Below are positions 10,216 through 20,000 of a stretch of 20,000 nucleotides of DNA, piece by piece. The DNA comes from Chiloscyllium plagiosum (taxonomy: Eukaryota), in assembly GCF_004010195.1 (NCBI RefSeq), contig NC_057719.1:13107078-13127077 (forward strand). The letters run 5' to 3'. Numbering within the stretch: the stretch's first letter is position 1; each line of letters starts with the position of its first letter. The position numbers were made by a program, and so were the translations under genes. The notes beneath the pieces were generated by a model. That model worked only from the letters and a program-made list of their open reading frames with translations. It did no database searches and was not told the DNA's origin.

Positions 10216-11121
10216 TCAGTTCTAGTAATAGTCTATTAATGGTTTTTAATTCTACGCTTCCATCACAGTGCTTCATACAATGCTGTGTGTTAGTGTGTGT
10301 ATCAGTCTTGGGCATGTGCTACCAGCTAATTTACTCATAAACACAGTAAAGAGTTGCGATCCCAACATGGATCCGTGCAGAAGAATACAAGTCACATCCT
10401 GTCGACTTGTGTTTCTGTTCCTTTCTGCTCTCTGCCGCTCAGCTAATTTCCTGAACAGGAAAATATTTATTTATTCAAAAGCGGGCCAACATTTAAACAA
10501 GAATTGTTTTAAAGATTAGCCTTATAGAAATTAAATTTGCATACGTTTTACTGGATTTAAAATTCATGTTCAACCCTTCGATATGTGAGACATTGTGAAA
10601 CACCACAGTTTGACAAATGATTTAATTGCCATAATTTTAAGAATTCAGAATGTTTAACCGCTGGAAAGAAACTTTGTATTTCCAAATGATTACATTTTAA
10701 AGCACTTTAAATCTTGCATGAAAATTTAATTGTTTCCAATAGAATCTGCCTCAGCTGCATATAGATGTAGAAATTTTTCAAGCATGGTAAACTCTAAGCT
10801 CCCTTTTGAAACATAAACTCTGCCAGGCTGCTATTACAATACCCTTCGTTCCACACACTGACTGAACACATTCCTCCTTATCGAGGCACTTTGATAGTAT
10901 AGGAATTCCGACAATTTGTTCCTTTTAACTATGCCCCTTGCCAGTCAAATCGAGGATGAGCGATTCCTTTGTCCCTCCTTATTGCCTCCCATCATGCTCT
11001 TGATGCCCCTGAAGTTTCCATCATCCTGTCATCTCCTGTGCCAACTGGAGAAGGAAGATCATAGCAGTCAGATACTGTCTTCACTTCTTGATGAGATCCA
11101 TCCTTAATGCCAATCTTACCG

Positions 11122-11448
11122 TAGAATAGAATAGAATCCTGACAGAGATCATTCACCCCAGTGAGTCCACAGTGAACCTCCGAATAGCAGACCCCTTCCC
11201 CACCTGCATCCCTGTAACCCTGTATTCCCCATGGCTAATCCATCTAGCCTGCACACTATGGGCAATTTTTAATGTCCAGTCTACATAATGACACATCTTT
11301 GGACTGTGGGAGAAAACCAGAGCACCCAGAGGAAACCTGTGCAGGCACAGGGTGAATGTGCAGACTCCACACAGTCACCCAAGGGTGGAATCGAACCCAG
11401 CTCCCTGTTGCTATGAGGCAGCAGAGCTAACCACTGAGTCACCGTGCC
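11122..11448 (-). mobile_element. HE1-type V-SINE
   Basis: Reverse A box/B box (CTAACCACTGAGTCACC, GGAATCGAACCC), V-domain and (TAGAA)n tail. Confidence 0.9.
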
Positions 11449-12027
11449 AACCATAACAACATGGCACAAAGCACACTTTAAATGCAATCTCCACTTAATG
11501 TGGAATCTTTTAAACATCCTCCCTAAACAAGAGCATATACTCTCGCCAGTTGCTGAGTGAGATTCCAAATGCAAGAGCTTGTATCTGGTGATCACTCCAC
11601 CAATGAATTCCCCTGCGTCTTGTGGAGCTATGTTGTGATGTGTTGGGGTGACCATTCCCCATCTCTGTGAGGGGAAATGTGACCATTAGGATGAATAAAC
11701 ACTGCAATGTTACCTGGGCAAAGTTAGTTCCTGTTGTTTTCCATGACATGGAAGTGAACAGTGAGCTCCTTTTTACAGCTTTCCGAGGAAAATTGAGTAT
11801 TGTTTATTTCGCTGAATATGTGTTGACTTTGAATCACATCGAACATGTCCTCAACTAACACTTTGATTATTAGGCAGCAGAAATTAAGAACGCTCATTTG
11901 AAAAGGGTTGCTGAGGAATTGCTAGGTGAAAAAAATTGGCAAAGAAACAGTCGGTGGGTCCCGAATGTGAATTAGAGGCAGCACTCCTCAATGTCCCATC
12001 ACTGTGCTATTGGTGTGCTGAGAAACC

Positions 12028-12148
12028 TAGAACATAGAACATAGAAGATAGAACATGACAGTGCAGTACAGGCCCTTCGGCCCTCGATGTTGCACTGACC
12101 TGTGAAACCAATCTGAAGCCCATCTAATCTACTTTATTCCATTATCAT
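12028..12148 (-). mobile_element. CR1 3' terminal fragment
   Basis: (TAGAACA)n tail followed by ACAGGCCCTTCGGCCC. Confidence 0.85.
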
Positions 12149-12260
12149 GCGAAAACTGAATCCGTATGACCCGACCCTCCACACACAGCCTCATGTGAAT
12201 TGTGCATCTTCTGCCATATACAGTGAATGGATATGTGTGTACATTGGGAAATGCAAAAAT

Positions 12261-12335
12261 GAGTCATAGACGTCCAGAGCACAGAAAAAGGCTCTTCAGA
12301 CATTCGAGCCTGCACTGGTCAAAACCAATCAAACT
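12261..12335 (-). mobile_element. CR1 3' terminus (host element; remainder at 14956-15257)
   Basis: GAGTCATAGA tail, CAGAAAAAGGCTCTTCAG terminal motif; continues with TAATCCCATTTTCC at ~14961. Confidence 0.75.
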
Positions 12336-13008
12336 ATCGGAGATGGCAGTGGAGTAACTGTCGAAGATGGCGGTGGAGTAACTGTCGGAGATGGTGGTGG
12401 AGTAACTGTCGAAGATGGCGGTGGAGTAACTGTCGAAGATGGCGGTGGAGTAACTGTCGAAGATGGCAGTGGAGTAGCTGTCGAAGATGGCGGTGGAGTA
12501 ACTGTCAGAGATGGCGGTGGAGTAACAGTCGGAGATTGCGGTGGAGTAACTGTCGGAGATTGCGGTGGAGTAACTATCGAAGATGGCGGTGGAGTAACTG
12601 TCGAAGATGGCGGTGAAGTAACTGTCGAAGATGGCGGTGGAGTAACAGTCGGAGATTGCGGTGTAGTAACTGTCGAAGATGGCGGTGGAGTAACTGTCGA
12701 AGATGGCAGTGGAGTAACTATCGAAGATGGCGGTGGAGTAACTATCGGAGATGGCAGTGGAGTAACTGTCGGAGATGGCGGTGGAGTAACTGTCGGAGAT
12801 GGCGGTGGAGTAACTGTCGGAGATGGCGGTGGAGTAGCTGTCAAAGATGGCGGTGGAGTAACTGTCGAAGATGGCGGTGAAGTAACTGTCGAAGATGGCG
12901 GTGGAGTAACTGTCGGAGATGGCGGTGGAGTAACTGTCGGAGATGGCGGTGGAGTAACTGTCGGAGATGGCGGTGGAGTAACTGTCGAAGATGGCGGTGG
13001 AGTAACTG
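12332..13008 (+). repeat. Minisatellite, 28 x 24 bp, consensus AACTGTCG(A/G)AGATGGCGGTGGAGT
   Basis: Units start at 12332+24n up to 12980, with a 5-nt partial at 13004. No indels; substitution variants only. Confidence 0.98.
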
Positions 13009-13221
13009 GCAGAGGCTGGATGCCCAGAGCACGGACTTTGCCAGTCGGCCGTGAGGTGGTTGGTGGGGCCTGGGCACAACTCTGGAGGTCGCAGGCATTA
13101 TGGAGGTGGCCGGGGGGTCGGAGCTGCACTACAGCTGGGCTCTGTCAGCCTGTGGTGAGGCAATTAGTGAGCCCACAGATGGCGGTCAGCAGAGAGTCAG
13201 CAGCGCGGAGGCATGGGGATT

Positions 13222-13830
13222 GAGAGATGGAGCCCAGGGTGGGCGAGAGATCAGGCCCATGGGGGAGAGAGATCAAGCCAGTGTGGGGAGAGATCAAGCC
13301 CAGTGCAGGAGGAGAGAGATCAGGCCCAGCGCAGGGGAGAGATCAGGTTCAGGGAGGGGGGAGAGAGATTTGGCCCAGGGTGGGGGAGAGATCAGGCCCA
13401 TGGGGGAGAGAGATCGAGCCCAGTGTGGGGAGAGATCAAGCCCAGTGCAGGAGGAGAGAGATCAAGCCCAGTGCAGGAGGAGAGAGATCAGGCCCAGTGC
13501 AGGAGGGGAGAGATCAGGCCCAGCGCAGGTAAGAGATCAGGTTCAGGGAGGGGGGAGAGAGATTTGGCCCAGGGTGAGGGAGAGATCAGGTCCAGGGTGG
13601 GGAGAGGTTGAGCCCAGTGTTGGGGGTAGAGAGATCAGGTCCAGGGTGGGGAGAGGTTGAGCCCAGTGTTGGGGGTAGAGAGATCAGGCCCAGGGTGGGT
13701 GGGGAGAGGTTGAGCCCAGTGTTGGGGGTAGAGAGATCAGGCCCAGGGTGGGGAGAGGTTGAGCCCAGATTTGGGGGTAGAGAGATCAAGCCCAGGGTAG
13801 GGAAAGAGAGATATAACCCAGGGTGGGGGT
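13222..13830 (+). repeat. G-rich VNTR (~21-28-bp units, core GAGAGATCAGGCCCAG) with higher-order repeats
   Basis: Recurrent GAGAGATCA(G/A)GCCCA. A multi-unit block starting ~13249 recurs at ~13391, and a two-unit ~49-bp block is repeated four times in 13582-13790. Confidence 0.93.
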
Positions 13831-13889
13831 GAGTGGGATCGAGGCCTGTGCCTGGGCAGAGCGATGGATCCCTCGTGGGGAAAGCCCAA

Positions 13890-14783
13890 ACAGCGAAGAA
13901 GGTAACCTCAGAGTACAACGGGATGTTGATCAGATGGGCCAATGGGCTGAGAAGTGGCAGATGGAGTTTAATTTAGATTAATACGAAGTGCTGTAGTTTG
14001 GGTAAGTAAATCTTAGCAGGACTTATACACTTAATTGTAAGGTCCTAGCGAGTGTTGCAGGACAAAGAGACCTTAGAGTGCAGGTTTGTAGCTCCTTGTA
14101 AGTGAATTTGCAGGTAGATAGGATAGTGCAGAAGGCGTTTGGTATATTTTCCTTTATTGGTCAGAGTGTTGAGTACAGGAGTGGGGAGGTCATGTTGCAG
14201 CTGTACAGGACACTGGTTGGACCACTTTTGGAATATTGTGTGCAATTTTGGTCTCCTTCCTATTGGAAGGATGATGTGAAACTTGAAAGGATTCAGAAAA
14301 AATTTGCAAGGACGTTTGCCAGTATTGGAGGATTTGAGCTATAGGGAGAGGTTGAATAGGCTAGGGCTGTTTTCCCTGGAGCGGAAGCTGAGGGGTGACC
14401 TTATAGAGGTTTATAAAATCATGAAGGACATGGATAGGGTAAATAGACAAAGTCTTTTTTCCTGGAGTGGGGGAGTCCAGAACTAGAAGGCATAGGTTTA
14501 AGGTGAGAGGGGACAGATAGAAAATAGACCGAAGGGGCAGCTTTTTCACGTAGAGGGTGGTATGGGTATGAAATGAGCTGCTAGAGGAAGTGGTGGAGGC
14601 TGGTACAATTGCAACATTTAAGAGGCATTTGGATGGGTATATGAATAGGAAGGGTTTGGAGGGATATGGGCCGGGTGCTGGCAGGTGGGACTAGATTGGA
14701 TTGGGATATCTGGTCGGCATGGACGAGTTGGACCGAAGGGTCTGTTTCCGTGCTGTACATCTCTATGACTCTCTGAATCTATA
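13890..14783 (+). mobile_element. 5'-truncated CR1 (HER1-type) LINE, relatively well preserved
   Basis: DQMGQWAEKWQMEFNL...VMLQLYRTLVGPLLEYCVQFWSP...LRGDLIEVYKIM; (CTCTATGA)n-like tail. Confidence 0.96.
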
Positions 14784-14955
14784 ACTGCAGGCCCACGGCT
14801 AAAGAAAAACTGTAATGTTGAACTTTTAACTTTTTTCCTTACTCTTCTACTTTTTAACCTAAGATTTTGTACTAGGATGAGGCCAAGAATGATGACTTTG
14901 TCCCTGTGCTTGAGTATTCGTGACAGTAAAACCTAACTCTAATTCTAATTCTAAC
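14784..14955 (+). mobile_element. 3' end of the composite element
   Basis: T-rich segment, GTGACAGTAAAA (degenerate poly(A)-signal-like), (CTAATT)n tail ending in AACT. Confidence 0.65.
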
Positions 14956-15257
14956 TCTTTTAATCCCATTTTCCTGCATCATAGTCCTCTCTGCCTTGAC
15001 ATCGCAAGTTCACAACTAAATACCTCTTAAATGTTGTGGGGGTCTCTGCCTGTACCACCCTTACAGGAAATGAGTTCCAGATTCCCATCACACCCTGGGT
15101 GAAAATATTTCCCCTCATGTCCCCTCTAAACCCCTTACCTTAAATCTATGCACCCGGTTGTTGATCCCTCCACCAAGGGAAGAAGTTTCTTCCTGCCTTC
15201 CCTGTCTATAACCCTCATAGATTTAAACATCTCAATCATGTCACCCCCTCACTCTCC
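14956..15257 (-). mobile_element. CR1 3' fragment (host of the composite element)
   Basis: GAGTTCCAGATTCCCA...CCCTCATAGATTTAAACATCTCAATCATGTCACCCC is the reverse of the GDMIEMFKSMR motif. Confidence 0.88.
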
Positions 15258-15309
15258 TTAGCCTGTATGCAGGTGATGTGTCATCCATCCATCTTTCTAC
15301 TTCTAGCTG

Positions 15310-15690
15310 TGATGTGGAGGTGCTGGCATTGGACTGGGTGGACAAGGTTAAAAATCACGCAACACCAGGTTATAGTCCACAGGTTTATTTGGAAGCACTA
15401 GCTTTCAGAGCTTCATCAGGTGGTTGTGGGACAGGAATGTAAGACACAGAATTTATAGCAAGCGATTACAGCGTCATGCAACTGAAATGATATATTGAAC
15501 AGACCTGGATTGCTGTTAAGTCTCTCACTTTTTAGAATGATAACTGAGCTGAGATGTCACTTTATTTTTTACAAAATCTTAAGTTATCTGGAGAACGTGA
15601 CTCAAAAGAAGTTTTAGCATTTACATATTAATGAACCGAAACTTGCAACCTATTCTAATAGGTGCAAGATTTAAAGCAATCTAGGTTTGT
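15310..15690 (-). mobile_element. Penelope-like terminal fragment of another family, with collapsed hammerhead
   Basis: Minus 15420-15398 reads C-CTGATGA-AGCTCT-GAAAGCTAG: core and AGCT palindrome retained, stem II largely lost. Confidence 0.65.
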
Positions 15691-15768
15691 GGGACTAGTT
15701 TAGTTTGGGATTATGTTCAGCACAGACTGGTTGGACTGAAGGGTCTGTTTCCATGCTGTATGACCTCT
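15689..15768 (+). mobile_element. CR1 3' terminal fragment
   Basis: Highly similar to 9881-9952 and 14685-14757. Confidence 0.85.
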
Positions 15769-16623
15769 CCGTCCTGGTCAGTCATTGAATCATAAGGATT
15801 GAAAGAGGCTGTCTCGACCACCAATGTTACACTAATTCGACATTAGCCCCTCATTCCAGCACTTAATGCCCTGAATGTTATGAAGGGTGCCTATGTGCGG
15901 TGGAAACATTTGGTCTCATATACCCAGCTAATGAATTTGTCATGAAACTTTATCAAATACCTGCTAAGTGCCTGAGTAAATCATATCCGCTGGCAGACAC
16001 ACCAATTTAATTCCATTTCTCAAAGGACTCGTGAGATTTGACCTGTTGCTTGTACAGATTGTTCTGAGTGAGCTGTCATCATTTGCTTGTGTATATTCTA
16101 AAGAGTTTGTTATGCTTCATATGAATGGTATTTTGTTTCTGCTTGAAGTATTTCATGTCATTTTGTTGAAAGACTTTTTAATGGAAAGAAGTTTACAAGG
16201 TGATGTTACTTTAGCTAATCTTCCTGCGCAGCAGTAGGCTTTCATTAGTCTTTGCTGCTTTCAACTATTTTGTTCTGATTGACTGCCTCTGGCTCCTGTA
16301 TATTCAGTTCAATTAGCAGCAGAGAAATTGTCTCCTTGATATGAGGAAGTCTCAGCCTTCCATTCTTTCGTAAATCTGATCTTTACAGTTCATTGTGATC
16401 AGCGACCAAACACAATCAATCACTCAACCATTGGGAAGATTCATACTATACCATTGTTACCTTGAGAACTAGTGTTCTAACGTGGAAGAAAATGGATCTG
16501 TTTTTTTTCTGTTCTGTGAAGGTCTGACCCTTTTTCAATTGGCAAAATTCATTTTGTGTTCGAAACAATGTTTACAACACATCCTCTGATTTCAGATTAG
16601 TATCCAGCAAATTGGGAGAAAAC

Positions 16624-17350
16624 TGTTAAGGGGCTTGCTGGTTTGAATTTACAGTTAACCTGAGAGACAGAGCCAGAGAAGGTTCTTCAGAGGAAAGGGG
16701 TCCATAACAGCAGAGGTGCTGTTACTAGTAGTCTCTCAGTGGTTCAGGCTGCTGAAGAAGTCCTGAGATGCTCATAAGATAGTGAGATGACAGCTGTGGG
16801 ACTATCAGAGAGGAAGACATCCTACAGGTCTGTTGAAGACATAAGTTTAAGGAACCCATGTTACATAATAGTGAGCTGAGTTAGCCATTTGTTTTTAAGG
16901 GTCTCAGGGACAGACATTAACTGAAGAAAGCAGAATACATCCAGTACGCAGGAATTTGTTCAAAGAAAACTAATTACAGATGTGCCAGCTGAGAAGCTTT
17001 AACAGGAAGGTGAGTAGTTTGACTCTTCATTGAAATTCAGGTGTCTGTCAAGGCATTGCTGGGATTAAAGGGATGAATCTTTCTTTCTGATATTTATAAT
17101 GAGATTGTTCCAATAGGTCTTTTCAAATACAATATAGGTTGTGTCTTGTTCTTTTATGTAATACATGTTTATGTTTGCGTGTGTAATAAAATTTGATGTT
17201 AAAAATAAATTGGTGGCCTCTGGTTTAAACATATTCAGTGACTGAACACCACAGAAACATTAAAAAGGAGAATAATGTTTATGGTCTATCAAGCCAGGTC
17301 TGAATCTGGGGTCTGACTTCTCCAGAATTACCATCAGCTAGGACCAAAGT
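16624..17350 (+). mobile_element. Possible diverged solo LTR
   Basis: Non-coding; AATAAA signals at ~17185 and ~17204; 3' segment TCTGGGGTCTGACTTCTCCAGAATTACCATCAGCTAGGA resembles LTR ends recalled from shark repeats. Termini and TSD not confirmed. Confidence 0.35.
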
Positions 17351-17394
17351 ACAATCAGTCTATCTGTCACTATAAACATTGGAATTTTGTTCCT

Positions 17395-18030
17395 CTGGTG
17401 TAAAAGTCAAACACTGACCTCTTCTGTGCATACATCTCAAGTACAAGTTGACCCTTGACTTTCAGCTAAAATATCCAAACTTTTTGTAACCACCAACCTC
17501 TTGTCACTTGAAGTCAAATTTGTCCGGGTACAGACTACTTATAGAATAACAGAACAGCACAACATCAAAGGTGGATGTTCAACTCCTGGTGTTTGACCGT
17601 GCCTGCATTTTGCAAGCATACACCGTCTTCGAATCCTGCCTTTGAATATCGCAACATGGACGAAGAAAAAAGGAGCCCAGTTCAAACTTAAAGTTGTTGC
17701 AATTGCAGAACGCTGACATAACTGTGCAGCAGCGAGAGAATTCAAAATTTCAGTTAAGATCACCACTCGGCCAGATGTCGAAGAATAAATGAGCCAGTGG
17801 AGGAAAGACTAGCATGCGGCTGTTAGAAGGAATTGAAGTTGTAAAATATGGCAATGAAAATGGCCAAGGTGCACTCTCAGTTTCTAGAGGATCTATCCAA
17901 ATCTTCACCCTAAATCAAGCGAGAACATGAGGCATTGCTGATTTCAAAGCCAGCCTGTGATGCTTGCCAGGAATATGGCAGGAAACAATTTTGACGGAAG
18001 ACTAGGATTTCACAATGTTTCCCAGCCAAC
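17395..18030 (+). mobile_element. pogo-family (Tc1/mariner superfamily) DNA transposon relic
   Basis: 17681-17760 translates FKLKVVAIAER*HNCAAAREFKISVK (Brinker-type DNA-binding domain). 17931-17963 gives GIADFKASL*C (CENP-B/Tc5 HTH FKAS motif). Confidence 0.7.
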
Positions 18031-18083
18031 CTTTTCAACAATCAGCAGTGTTTACATGGGTAACACTAGGCTAACTTTTAGAT

Positions 18084-18161
18084 CAAATTCAAATGTTTTC
18101 CATCTGCCATAGCTGCATTTGAACTCAGTTCCCCAGAACATTAGCCTGAGATTCTAGATTT
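18084..18161 (-). mobile_element. tRNA-derived SINE head fragment (DeuSINE/SacSINE-like)
   Basis: CCATCTGCCATAGCTGCATTTGAACTCAGTTCCCCAGAACATTAGCCTG contains a reverse B-box-like GAGTTCAAATGC. Confidence 0.5.
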
Positions 18162-18563
18162 TAATAGGGGAACTGGAGGTTTGCAACCGTGAGACTATTG
18201 TTTAAGAAAGGGGCGAAGGAAATCCTAGGAAACTGCCGACCCATTAGCTTGATGTCAATGCTGGGAAAACTGATGGAGGCCAGATTATGGGATAAGGTAA
18301 ATATACACTTAGAGAAAACTCAGTTAATACTAGACAGTCAATGTGGCTTTGTCAAGAAAAGGTCATGTTTGACGAATTTGATTGAGTCCTTTGATGAGGC
18401 AATACAGGCAGTGGATAGGGGAAGTGATGTAAGTGTTGTATATTGGGACTTTCAGAAAGCATTTGATATGGTGCCACATGGCAGGTGGATTAGTAAATTA
18501 GAAATGTTTGGGATTGATGGGTTCTTGGCAACATGGATGAGAGGTTGGCTAACTGATCAAAAA

Positions 18564-18629
18564 GGAGAAAGTGAGGACTGCAGGTGCTGGAGATCCGAGC
18601 TGAAAATGTGTTGCTGTGCTTTTCCAGCG
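18564..18629 (-). mobile_element. 66-bp PLE-derived insert with 14-bp TSD
   Basis: TAACTGATCAAAAA (18550-18563) / TAAATGATCAAAAA (18630-18643). Confidence 0.75.
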
Positions 18630-18976
18630 TAAATGATCAAAAACACAAGGTAGGTATAGATGGGCATGTCTCAGACTGAAAACAATTTGAACGTAGTGTT
18701 CCTCAGGGATTGATGTTGGGACCCTCGCTTTTTCTGATTTCTATGAACAATTTAGAGATAAGTGTTGAGGGTAAAATCTCGAAATTTGCAGATGATACTA
18801 AGCAGGGAGATTAGTCAATTGTGACGATGATGCTGAGTGACTTCAGAGAGACATGGACAAATTGGCAGATGAATTTCATTGCAGAGGAATGTGAGGTAAT
18901 GCATTTTGGTAGAAGAAACAAGGAGAGACAATACAGGCTCAATGGTACAACCCTGAGGGGAGTACAGGAGCAGAGG

Positions 18977-19065
18977 AAGGAGGGCTCATGCCCGAAACGT
19001 CAATTCTCCTGCGCCTTGGATGCTGCCTGACCTGCTGAGCTTTTCCAGCAACACATTTTCAGCTC
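18977..19065 (+). mobile_element. PLE-derived insert with truncated hammerhead
   Basis: AGGGCTCATGCCCGAAACGTCAATTCTCCTGC...GATGCTGCCTGACCTGCTGAGCTTTTCCAGC; the CTGATGA box is missing. Confidence 0.8.
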
Positions 19066-19431
19066 ATTCTCTGAAGGTGGCCAGGCAATGTGAAACAGTT
19101 GTTATGAACTGTTATAGGATCCTTGAGTTAACAAATAGAGGCATAGAGTATAAAAGCAAGGAAGTGATGCTGCACCTGGACAAATCACGGGTCAGATCAG
19201 TTTTGAGTACCTTATTTAAGGAAGGATGAGTATGCCAGGGCTTTCAGTGAGGGAGATGTAATGAACAGAATCATTGCTGGTGTGTCTTTGGTTACTGAGT
19301 TGATCATTGTCAGTAAGGTTGATTGAAGTGTGTTTTTTTTTAATGACTCTGACGATGAGGGATGTGATGGGGAGAGCTGCTGGTGAGTTCTTGAGGCTAA
19401 GGCCATCAGACAACAAGTCTTGACTACAGCA

Positions 19432-19747
19432 AGCTCACAGCGTGAGGGACTGGGGTTCGATTCCAGTTGCCTTGGGTGACTGTCTGTGTGGAGTTTGCAC
19501 ATTCTCCCTGTGTCTGTATGTGTTTCCTCCGGGTGCTCTGGTTACCTCCCACAGTCCAAGGATGTGTGGGTTAGGTGAACTGGCCACGCTAAATTGTCCA
19601 TAGTGTTCAGGGATGTGTAGGTTCGGTGCATTAATCAGGGGTAAATGTAGAGCAATAGGATCCGAGTGGGTTACTGTTCGGAGGGTCATGTGGACTTGTT
19701 GGGCTGAAGGGCCTGGTTCCACACTGTAGGGATTCTAATATTCTATG
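19432..19747 (+). mobile_element. HE1-type V-SINE, 5'-truncated
   Basis: B box GGTTCGATTCC, V-domain and CR1-like end; similar to 7670-7940; A box absent. Confidence 0.9.
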
Positions 19748-19790
19748 AAGCTGCATATAGACCCTTACTATGCAAACACCCATGTGCATA

Positions 19791-20000
19791 GAGGTAAAAA
19801 CAATGACTGCAGATGCTGGAAACTAGATTCTGGATTAGTGGTGCTGGAAGAGCACAGCAGTTCAGGCAGCATCCAAGGAGCAGCGAAATCGACGTTTCGG
19901 GCAAAAGCCCTTCATCAAGAATAAAGGCAGAGACCCGGAAGGGTGGAGAGATAAGCTAGAGGAGGGTGGGGATGGGGAGAAAGTAGCATAGAGTACAATG
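19791..20000 (-). mobile_element. Penelope-like element terminus, runs off the window
   Basis: Similar to 372-488. Minus 19918-19891 reads TTGATGA-A-GGGCTTTTGCCC-GAAACGTC, a hammerhead with a C3-to-U change. Confidence 0.85.

Larger units (their letters stand above)
18168..19228 (+). mobile_element. Diverged CR1 ORF2 RT fragment with two PLE-derived inserts
   Basis: LFKKG..GNCRPISL..SQCGFVKKRSCLTNL..DFQKAFDMVPH..VPQGLMLGP..ISKFADDTK..CEVMHFG..GIEYKSKEVML. Confidence 0.93.

Noticed and set aside
10500..10760. AT-rich stretch with an octamer ATTTGCAT and TAAT motifs
   Set aside because: Such motifs are expected by chance at this AT content; there is no independent support.
10916..11125. Minus-strand mini-intron (GTAAGA...CTTCCTTCTCCAG) and plus-strand 63-aa ORF
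   Set aside because: All three frames after the acceptor stop within ~55 nt, the donor abuts a SINE tail, and no peptide is recognisable.
12332..13008. CRISPR-like array
   Set aside because: Units are head-to-tail with no unique spacers, there are no cas genes, and the context is eukaryotic.
12264..13129. Long ORFs resembling extensin/mucin (TVTPPPSS) or ice-nucleation-like octapeptide repeats (YSTAIFDS)
   Set aside because: A 24-bp unit keeps several frames on both strands open. There is no non-repeat domain or clear splice context, and the array lies inside a transposon insertion.
13100..13942. Arg/Gly/Glu-rich ORFs
   Set aside because: Translation products of the G-rich VNTR.

Overview
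Repeat-dense, non-coding vertebrate DNA, very probably from an elasmobranch (shark); this is inferred from HE1-type V-SINEs, many CR1/HER1-type LINE fragments and Penelope-like (PLE) pieces. No intact host gene is recognisable, and almost every listed ORF is a decayed LINE frame or a repeat artefact. Main points: (1) a ~2.6-kb composite insertion (12332-14955) sits inside a minus-strand CR1. It consists of an indel-free 28 x 24-bp array carrying YY1-type AAGATGGCGG motifs, a GC-rich spacer, a second G-rich VNTR with higher-order repeats, a younger nested CR1 and a (CTAATT)n tail, i.e. an SVA-like architecture. (2) Minimal hammerhead-ribozyme motifs of several PLE families occur, two with intact catalytic cores (458-485 minus, 5390-5423 plus). 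(3) An inverted PLE GIY-YIG fragment lies in a three-way nested insertion. (4) There is a pogo-type transposase relic. Short unique stretches contain one weak exon candidate and enhancer-like motif clusters. Family assignments come from manual translation and recalled consensus motifs, not database searches; element boundaries are approximate unless a junction is quoted.
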